From positions 2,131 to 66,130 of IMG/VR virus record IMGVR_UViG_3300025168_000077: a DNA stretch of 64,000 bases; one strand, written 5' to 3'. Origin of the DNA: a virus. Its lineage: Duplodnaviria > Caudoviricetes. Position 1 is the stretch's first letter. Each line of letters opens with the position of its first letter. A program made the position numbers and the translations under genes. Of this stretch, positions 58,035 through 64,000 are shown piece after piece. A model generated the notes under the pieces. That model was not told where the DNA came from. It searched no databases and saw nothing but the letters and a program-made list of their open reading frames with translations.

Positions 58035-58605
58035 TTTGCCCCTCCTTGTTTTGTGCTTTCACAATCATTGTACTAACACTATCTGCTTGAGTCACTTCGT
58101 TGCCCCAAGAGTCCCAACCATCTCGCGTGTTCCGTGCGAACATCTCCAGGTAGGGGCCTGTGCTGCGAGCTTCGATGAGGTCGTAGAACGCAGGGGGTTT
58201 GGTGCTGTGTGGCCCACGCACGGCGTGTACCCAGCTTCTGAGCGTGCGGTCATCAGTCTTCACCTTGAACCCGCTGCCCCTGACTCCGAAGAGCAGAAGC
58301 TCGTGCTGCCCACGGAAGTACTGACCCAGCCCGATGCGGTCCTTGGTCCATACGACGTTGGTCTTGTACTTGAACCCCATCGCACCCATGAGCCAGATGG
58401 CGTCAGCCAGGAAGCTGTTGGTCGCCCACATGTACAGGTGACAGTCAGTCGCAGGGTACCATACCCCTGACTGGTAGATCACAGAGGGCATGTCTTCGGT
58501 CTTGACCAACGGGTAGTGCTTGTCAGCACCACGTTTGATCTTGCCTCCACCTCGTTCGTTCCATGGTGGATCCATCAGGATTGTGGGGTATTTCTTTCTA
58601 ATCAC
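58024..58605 (-). CDS. MT-A70-family N6-adenine methyltransferase
   Basis: MDPPW, LYMWATN, WTK..IGLGQYFR..HE, HSTKP, LEMFAR, GWDSWGNE. Confidence 0.92.
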   Translation of the reverse strand: MIRKKYPTILMDPPWNERGGGKIKRGADKHYPLVKTEDMPSVIYQSGVWYPATDCHLYMWATNSFLADAIWLMGAMGFKYKTNVVWTKDRIGLGQYFRGQHELLLFGVRGSGFKVKTDDRTLRSWVHAVRGPHSTKPPAFYDLIEARSTGPYLEMFARNTRDGWDSWGNEVTQADSVSTMIVKAQNKEGQSEQ

Positions 58606-58805
58606 ATCGCCCCCATCTTCTTAAGCAGAATGTCAGCGAACACTTCGCAGTGATCGTTGAACAGGTTGTTGTCCTTGGACCAGGCGCTCTTGAGCAGAGT
58701 CTCGCACAGCTCCATGATCTCTGACGGACCAAGGTTCTCCACGAGTGTGGCTGCGATCAATCGCCTTGACCTTTCGTTGTTGGGTACAGCGGTGGCTTCC
58801 ATCAT
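58602..58805 (-). CDS. Hypothetical protein
   Basis: Coupled within the operon. Confidence 0.55.
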   Translation of the reverse strand: MMEATAVPNNERSRRLIAATLVENLGPSEIMELCETLLKSAWSKDNNLFNDHCEVFADILLKKMGAM

Positions 58806-59059
58806 GCGTCTCCTACAGGGTTCAGTGCCGTGGACAGTTCGTCCATGGCGTGGGTGGTTTCTTCGTATCGAATGGCTTCTTGGTGTTCACGACACCCATC
58901 GCAGGTGCCTTCTTCGTTGTCGGGACCAACGGCGTCGTCGCAGTTGACGGATATGCAAGGGCGGCAAGCGCACTCAACGGTCCCGCTCAAGTGGTACTCC
59001 TGGTCGCACGTTTCGCACACGCGGTAGTACATGCCCCAGTCTGCTGGCAATCCACTCAT
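58802..59059 (-). CDS. Cys-rich hypothetical protein
   Basis: CETC, CAC..C, CDGC; coupled. Confidence 0.55.
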   Translation of the reverse strand: MSGLPADWGMYYRVCETCDQEYHLSGTVECACRPCISVNCDDAVGPDNEEGTCDGCREHQEAIRYEETTHAMDELSTALNPVGDA

Positions 59060-59601
59060 CGCGCACCTCCTTTGAACTTGGCCCCTCTTTTCCCTCGACG
59101 AATGTCCCTTCCCTCACGACGCAATCGATATGCGGTCATTGATGCTGCTTGCAAAGACCTCTTGGTGACGGGCACACCGATGGCTGTAAGGAAGTCGCGG
59201 GGGCCATCGCCCTGGTTCCAGATGTGAGCGAACGTGTGTATGGTCAAGGGCTTGATCGATCTGAACACCAACGCAAGATTATGGATCGTCACGCCTTTAT
59301 CATCCACCGCCTCCAAATAGTTACCGCCAGGAGCAAGGGTGTATCCAGGAGGTATCTCGCCAGGAGGTATGTAGGCGGGTGCGGGGGTAACGACTGGCTC
59401 TACCTCATTGGCTTTCGCCGAGGACTTCTCGCGAACAGAGTCGTCAAGCCAACTCACGCATTGCTTCTTGGCTGCCTCGTTGATGATCCATGCTGCGGCA
59501 GGGGGGTCAGGTTGCTTCACCGATTCCATGGCCCAGCGTACAACGCACGCCATCTCGTCTCGGGTCAGTGTCAGTGTCAGTGGTTTCTTCTCAGCCATCA
59601 T
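59056..59601 (-). CDS. Hypothetical protein
   Basis: AGGAGG RBS; coupled. Confidence 0.6.
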   Translation of the reverse strand: MMAEKKPLTLTLTRDEMACVVRWAMESVKQPDPPAAAWIINEAAKKQCVSWLDDSVREKSSAKANEVEPVVTPAPAYIPPGEIPPGYTLAPGGNYLEAVDDKGVTIHNLALVFRSIKPLTIHTFAHIWNQGDGPRDFLTAIGVPVTKRSLQAASMTAYRLRREGRDIRRGKRGAKFKGGAR

Positions 59602-59672
59602 GCACCTCCTGTACGCACGGGGCGTCGTGAGAGAGAGCGGTAGGTCGGTCGGGGTTGCTTGAAGTAAAGCAT
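59598..59672 (-). CDS. 24-aa leader-like peptide (MLYFKQPRPTYRSLSRRPVRTGGA)
   Basis: AAGGAAACGACA-ATG; stop overlaps the next start (ATGA). Confidence 0.5.
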   Translation of the reverse strand: MLYFKQPRPTYRSLSRRPVRTGGA

Positions 59673-59715
59673 TGTCGTTTCCTTCTGAGGGCGGGAAGTG
59701 TGTACCCTCGTAGAG

Positions 59716-59852
59716 TGCTTATGGCAGCCATACCTCATCGTCAACAACCACATGTTGTTTTTATTGAGAAACCTTGTAAGTGTTTGATATTGTTGGGTTG
59801 CGTAAAAGAGGCCACATTATGTCCTTGACGCACTGTTCTATTCCGTTAAGGC
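59716..59852. promoter_or_regulatory. Divergent promoters
   Basis: Minus TTGACG-17-TAAGCA; plus TTGACG-16-TAAGGC; both -10 boxes weak. Confidence 0.45.
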
Positions 59853-59872
59853 ATAGCCACAAGGAGCAAATC

Positions 59873-60076
59873 ATGGACACTTTTTCAATCTACTGGACTG
59901 ACCTCTCGGGCACTCAACACACGGAGATGAAGTACAAACCAATGGACGACATCAAGCCTGCGCTGGGTCGCCTGCTGCGTGGGCCAGGTCGCGCTGTGGT
60001 TAAGGAACTCATCGTTGTTGATGCGCTGGACTGCACTGTACTCAAGGCCGTTGATGGCAAGTTGGTATTCCCATGA
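59873..60076 (+). CDS. Hypothetical protein
   Basis: AAGGAG RBS before ATG 59873. Confidence 0.6.
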   Translation: MDTFSIYWTDLSGTQHTEMKYKPMDDIKPALGRLLRGPGRAVVKELIVVDALDCTVLKAVDGKLVFP

Positions 60077-60507
60077 GCTACACAATCGTTGACATGAGCA
60101 ATGACTCTGATGGTTACTTCGCTGAGATCAGATGGAACGATGAGTTTGTGGTTGGGTTCTTCCACCCATGGATGACGACGATGGCACTGCGTGAGCTTGA
60201 GAAGATGGGCGGTCCTTGTGACCAGCGCAATGGCATCTTCTCCCAGGAGGTTTCACGTAGGGTCAACAGGCTGCACCGTGCGGTGCCTTGCCATGGCCCC
60301 TCGGCTCTCGGGGAGCCAGGCTGTAACGCTGGCGTGGGTCAGCCTTGCAAGCGCCCCTCGGGGCACGAGACCTACTTGGGCGTACCCCATGCACCAAGGG
60401 TGGAGGCGTTTGATCGGTGGCTGGTTGAGTTGGCCAATGAGATGGGGTTTAAGAACAACTTCCCCTCGTTGGATGACTTGGGTGTAACGCACCATTACCC
60501 AGTTTGA
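60073..60507 (+). CDS. Protein with phage zinc-finger-like motif
   Basis: VPC...CNAGVGQPCKRPSG...PHAPR. Confidence 0.6.
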   Translation: MSYTIVDMSNDSDGYFAEIRWNDEFVVGFFHPWMTTMALRELEKMGGPCDQRNGIFSQEVSRRVNRLHRAVPCHGPSALGEPGCNAGVGQPCKRPSGHETYLGVPHAPRVEAFDRWLVELANEMGFKNNFPSLDDLGVTHHYPV

Positions 60508-60801
60508 ACCTTGCTTATTGTCATAATCACAGTGAATGTAACGCGGTGTAACGAACGTGCGTTACGGAATAGTGCAGGTTGAACGCCCACTTTCAAAAGT
60601 GTAACAATGTAACGCAGTTTGGAGAGGGTGTATATGTGGGGAAAAAACTACGGCCTATGCTTAATACGTAACGATGGGCTCTCACCCGCGCATATGGTAC
60701 TATGTTGAAAGAGCGTTACATTGTTACACTGTTTAATAAGTAAGTTTGTACCTTGGTTTTTGTGTAACGCAGCAGTGTTACAAGGGTGTAACAGCGTTAC
60801 A
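60483..60801. repeat. GTAAC/GTTAC iteron-like array, candidate replication origin
   Basis: About 13 copies in both orientations; perfect 18-bp inverted repeat at 60598-60615 and 60713-60730. Confidence 0.7.
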
Positions 60802-60838
60802 AGTTGGACTTGGCATGAGTTGAATGGTAAGCTGGGGT

Positions 60839-61366
60839 ATGGATAATGATGAGCCTAATGAACAGATGGTTTCTCCAGCGAGTGCTGACTTGCATGTTGT
60901 TTCGACCACTGTAGTTCCAGCAGGTGAAGCCGAAGTAGCTGCAATGTTGGCTGAGCAAGTACGATTCTCAGATGAACCAGAGACTCAAGCACTTGCGTAC
61001 AGACTTCTGGAAGCAGGTCACACCGTACGATCCACCGCCAGGCGCCTCGGCGTTAGGCCGACCACCGTGTGGAGTTGGTCCACTGACCCGGAAGGGCAAG
61101 AGGCCATCCAAGCAGGGCAGGCCCGCCGTCGATCCGTCTTGGGCGAGGGGATGGAGGAGGCAGCTGAAGCCGCACTGAGTTCCCTGCTCGAAGTGGCAAC
61201 CGACCTTGCGGCAGCACCGAGAGACCGGGTCAAAGCATCCGAGGCAATCCTTGACCGATGCGGTATTACTCCCCACCAATCAACTGATCAAACCACCGTG
61301 GCCGTCACTGTTGATGTAGACTTTGACGAGAGACTGGCTCGCATCGTGGCCGGGGCTCAGTCATAA
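60839..61366 (+). CDS. HTH protein, putative terminase small subunit
   Basis: HTH TVRSTARRLGVRPTTVWSW; RDRVKASEAILDRCG. Confidence 0.6.
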   Translation: MDNDEPNEQMVSPASADLHVVSTTVVPAGEAEVAAMLAEQVRFSDEPETQALAYRLLEAGHTVRSTARRLGVRPTTVWSWSTDPEGQEAIQAGQARRRSVLGEGMEEAAEAALSSLLEVATDLAAAPRDRVKASEAILDRCGITPHQSTDQTTVAVTVDVDFDERLARIVAGAQS

Positions 61367-61397
61367 GTTAAGTAGTCCATTCATTAGGAGACTCATC

Positions 61398-61745
61398 ATG
61401 TACGACGACCAACCAACTCTCATCATGGTTAAGCGATCTATCGCCGGCCCCGACATCATCACTCCCGGCATGGGATTCCAGAAGGCGCGCAAGGCGATGC
61501 TCCATGCCGAAGGTCTGGACGCCGGTGCCCCGTGCCCACATCCCGGCAAGTCCGAACCGGCTGAATCCCCCGGCAAGTCCGAAGCTCAACCCGGCGACCA
61601 CCAGGCCGAGATGAAACAGATTGCAGAGGAGTTGTACAAGGCATCTAAGATGCACAAGGGTCAAGCCGATAGGCTCATGGGCTACGTCAAAGGTGAATCG
61701 AAAGATGAGTCAGACAGCTACGGAGACAAGAAGGAGCTGGACTAA
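61398..61745 (+). CDS. Hypothetical protein
   Basis: AGGAG RBS; ELYKASKMHKGQADRL. Confidence 0.6.
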   Translation: MYDDQPTLIMVKRSIAGPDIITPGMGFQKARKAMLHAEGLDAGAPCPHPGKSEPAESPGKSEAQPGDHQAEMKQIAEELYKASKMHKGQADRLMGYVKGESKDESDSYGDKKELD

Positions 61746-62005
61746 TGTCGAAGAACCCGTACACCGGCGAGTTCCTTACGCAGCGGCGCACCCGCTTCCT
61801 GCCCAAGTCGTTCCCCCCGGTCATCCCCACCGGCGAGCGCAACACCTACGTGGTGGGCTCCAAGAAGACCATCGAAGAAGCGGCGGCGGCCCAAGGTACC
61901 GAAGTTGAATCTCAATCTGGTACTGCAAGTATCAAGGTACTGAGTGACTCAACCCCTGAGTCAGCTAAGTTTAAAGTCTATAGCCGCACCGTCAGCACCC
62001 GCTAA
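61745..62005 (+). CDS. Hypothetical protein
   Basis: TAATG coupling. Confidence 0.6.
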   Translation: MSKNPYTGEFLTQRRTRFLPKSFPPVIPTGERNTYVVGSKKTIEEAAAAQGTEVESQSGTASIKVLSDSTPESAKFKVYSRTVSTR

Positions 62006-62010
62006 ACAAG

Positions 62011-62056
62011 AACGCCCGGCAAGTAGGGAAAACGACTAACCTACTTACCGGGCGTT
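62011..62056. terminator. Long hairpin terminator between convergent operons
   Basis: aacgcccggcaagtagg-12 nt loop-cctacttaccgggcgtt; U-rich tail on the minus strand. Confidence 0.75.
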
Positions 62057-62121
62057 GACCTTGCGGCCATTAACTGACTATTCAAATGACCCGGAGCACG
62101 GAGTCAATGACAGACTAACCG

Positions 62122-62430
62122 CTATCGTACCAGTACGTCAACCCGGCGCAGCACCTGCACCAATAGGTCAAGCTCACTGGCCCGGCACGGATCGCTTCGC
62201 ACCTCCGGCGGCAGGTCATCCAACATCCGAAGCACCGCCGGCAACTCCCGCATGACGAACACCTCGTCCATTCCAACTGAACTAATGGGTGGGTCATTAC
62301 GTGTCATCGATTGCAACTCGTACAGTTGATCTTCAAGTTCCTCGATCGTCGCACCCGCCTGTTCGATGCGTCGCAGCATCCCGGCCACGACCTCGTCGAG
62401 CGTGTTCTCTTCGGTAGGGTCGCGGGTCAT
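62122..62430 (-). CDS. Hypothetical protein
   Basis: GGAGG RBS; ATGA coupling. Confidence 0.5.
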   Translation of the reverse strand: MTRDPTEENTLDEVVAGMLRRIEQAGATIEELEDQLYELQSMTRNDPPISSVGMDEVFVMRELPAVLRMLDDLPPEVRSDPCRASELDLLVQVLRRVDVLVR

Positions 62431-62774
62431 GACGCCTCCCGCTTAGGCCAGGGCGCCGGCTCCCCGTCTACCATGGTCAAGTAGGTCGGAGACCCGTACG
62501 GATCGAACTTCACCCACCCACCCGCGATGGCGACCTTGATAACCGCCGACGGCGCGTCGTCCACATCGCGGCATGTAGGCCATTCGCGGATGTCGAACGT
62601 GTATTGCGGGCGTTCCCTCACATCCAACGTGAAGAACCAAGCGGACGGTAAGCCCGCGTCATCGTCGAGGTAGGTGTGGTACACCTTTACTTGTCGAATG
62701 GTTGTGGTGGTTGGGTCGAGTTGCTCGACGACGAAGGCCACTTCGGGGGAGACGTACTTATGTTGCCAAGGCAT
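62427..62774 (-). CDS. Hypothetical protein
   Basis: VYHTYLDDD...FDIRE; fits the operon. Confidence 0.55.
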   Translation of the reverse strand: MPWQHKYVSPEVAFVVEQLDPTTTTIRQVKVYHTYLDDDAGLPSAWFFTLDVRERPQYTFDIREWPTCRDVDDAPSAVIKVAIAGGWVKFDPYGSPTYLTMVDGEPAPWPKREAS

Positions 62775-62809
62775 GGGGTATCCGATGGGGCACGGGGCCC
62801 CGTTAGGGT

Positions 62810-63493
62810 TCAGTGTTGGAGGAATACGATCAAAGGGGCGCGCTCACCGTTGACGTGCTGAGCGTCGCACAACCCGCACGAGTTACAGTCGACGGCTTTG
62901 TGCTGCGCTGGGCAGACGATACCGTCGCGTCCGTCGGGCGTGGTGAACTTCTCACCGTTCCATTCGGGCAGGTGCTTAAGCGTCGCGCGCTTGGATCCCG
63001 GTGCCCGGAAGTCGGCTACCATAGCGGCCCGCCACCCCTCGCGGATCCTATCGTCCGCCTCATCGAGCGAGTGAACCGAGGCCATAGCCAAGCCCTTAAG
63101 GTGGGCGCCCTTGTCCGCAGCAAAGTGCGTATAAAGCAGTAGGCCCTTGAGCCCTGCATCTTTCAACTGGCTCGCCCATCCTGCGACTTCCTCGCGCGGA
63201 AATACCCAAGGGTCACCGCCGACAGCGCCGCGTCCGTATCGGGCCGTGCGCCTTGACTCACCGATGGCGTGCTCAAGTGAATACCGCTCGGGCTTATTGA
63301 CATAGGCACGCTGCATGCTGGCCTGAGCGCGTCGGGCTCCGAGCCAGTGATAGCACCCGTCCTTCCGCATGGGGCAATCTTCGCAGCTCTTCTCGGTCTG
63401 CTCCTTGTCTTCTCCCACGTACCCTTGGGGAATGTCGCCGGTCTTATCGTTCTTGGATCGCCCAACCCACAACATTTTGAATTGCTTTTTCAT
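62810..63493 (-). CDS. Cys-rich GP88/DUF7227-like (radical-SAM-like) protein
   Basis: SKNDKTGDIP, SCEDCP....GCY, GGDP, YTH, ASV, VCPAQ...CNSCGLC. Confidence 0.55.
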   Translation of the reverse strand: MKKQFKMLWVGRSKNDKTGDIPQGYVGEDKEQTEKSCEDCPMRKDGCYHWLGARRAQASMQRAYVNKPERYSLEHAIGESRRTARYGRGAVGGDPWVFPREEVAGWASQLKDAGLKGLLLYTHFAADKGAHLKGLAMASVHSLDEADDRIREGWRAAMVADFRAPGSKRATLKHLPEWNGEKFTTPDGRDGIVCPAQHKAVDCNSCGLCDAQHVNGERAPLIVFLQH

Positions 63494-63714
63494 TGGTCGT
63501 CTCCTTCGTAGCAGTCTCCACACATGATCTCGTCATCCATTGGTGGCTTTGCTTCGCACATGAAACATTGCTCTGGATACATGCAGTCACTGCACAAAGC
63601 ACCGTCTGCGGCGATGAATCGGTTGACCCAAAGGCCAGAGCCGGGGCTGGTGTCTTTCCCACATTCCTTACACAGGTTGGCGGGGTCAAGGGTTTGGATG
63701 GATGCTTCGGTCAT
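63490..63714 (-). CDS. Zinc-finger-like protein
   Basis: Four CxxC pairs; AAGGAAAAAACGAC before the ATG. Confidence 0.6.
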   Translation of the reverse strand: MTEASIQTLDPANLCKECGKDTSPGSGLWVNRFIAADGALCSDCMYPEQCFMCEAKPPMDDEIMCGDCYEGDDQ

Positions 63715-63752
63715 GTCGTTTTTTCCTTCGTGGGGTTGTGTTCCACGCTTAG

Positions 63753-63781
63753 AGTATACCGCAGCGGTGGAGGTATTGCAA
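63753..63781 (-). promoter_or_regulatory. Sigma70-like promoter with palindromic operator
   Basis: TTGCAA-17-TATACT; ACCGCAGCGGT palindrome abuts the -10 box. Confidence 0.75.
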
Positions 63782-63816
63782 GTAAATCCGACAAGAAAGA
63801 TCAGATAGATCAACCA

Positions 63817-64000
63817 TCCGGCTACCTGCCTCCGCCATTCCCGCCTTCCCTCCCGGCATATCGCCGACGCCTGCGGTCCTGCCTTCCTGCCGTCCGGCTC
63901 TGCCGATCTGCCGTTCTGCCGCCCTGCCGCTCTGCCGTTCTGCCTCCCGTCCTTCCTCCCGGCTCCGGCTCCGGCTATGCCTTCCCGCCTTCCCGCCTTC
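63817..64000. repeat. Strand-asymmetric C/T-rich short tandem repeats
   Basis: (NNctgccg) x6, (ccggct) x3, (gccttccc)n. Confidence 0.75.

Noticed and set aside
62115-62297. Cys-rich 60-aa ORF as a RiPP or metallothionein
   Set aside because: It lies in an alternative frame of the coupled 62122-62430 gene and has no clear RBS or maturation genes.
1-64000. Prophage boundaries or host genes
   Set aside because: No housekeeping genes, integrase or att-like junction were recognised; the whole window reads as phage.

Overview
The whole window reads as a large part, possibly nearly all, of an uncultured tailed dsDNA phage genome with podovirus-like morphogenesis. The host cannot be determined from the sequence. 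Layout: accessory genes including a tandem DUF2589-like pair (0.9-4.5 kb); a leftward head-assembly block with scaffold-like protein, small basic proteins, portal and TerL (4.6-12.8 kb); a rightward virion block with MCP, decoration protein, adaptor, nozzle, ejection proteins, a 2989-aa polyvalent protein, a fibre, a propeller adhesin and four paralogous small beta proteins (13-42.5 kb); lysis genes (41.6-44.1 kb); an XRE regulator diverging from a replication/recombination block with SNF2 helicase, Cas4-like nuclease, Sak4-like ATPase, SSB, UDG-PolA fusion, Rad50-like ATPase and DUF927 helicase (44.1-57.5 kb); then early/accessory genes, an iteron-like array and a TerS-like gene (57.7-64 kb). 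I recognised no integrase, primase, tRNA or CRISPR array. The most interesting leads are: (1) a PolA whose steric-gate and motif B/C residues deviate, in a window with no recognisable primase; (2) the DUF2589-like pair with a beta-pore-like hairpin facing two membrane genes; (3) the multi-enzyme ejected protein; (4) a palindromic operator and a shared AAACGAC initiation motif whose complement sits in a terminator loop. All family assignments come from recognising motifs by eye, not from database searches.
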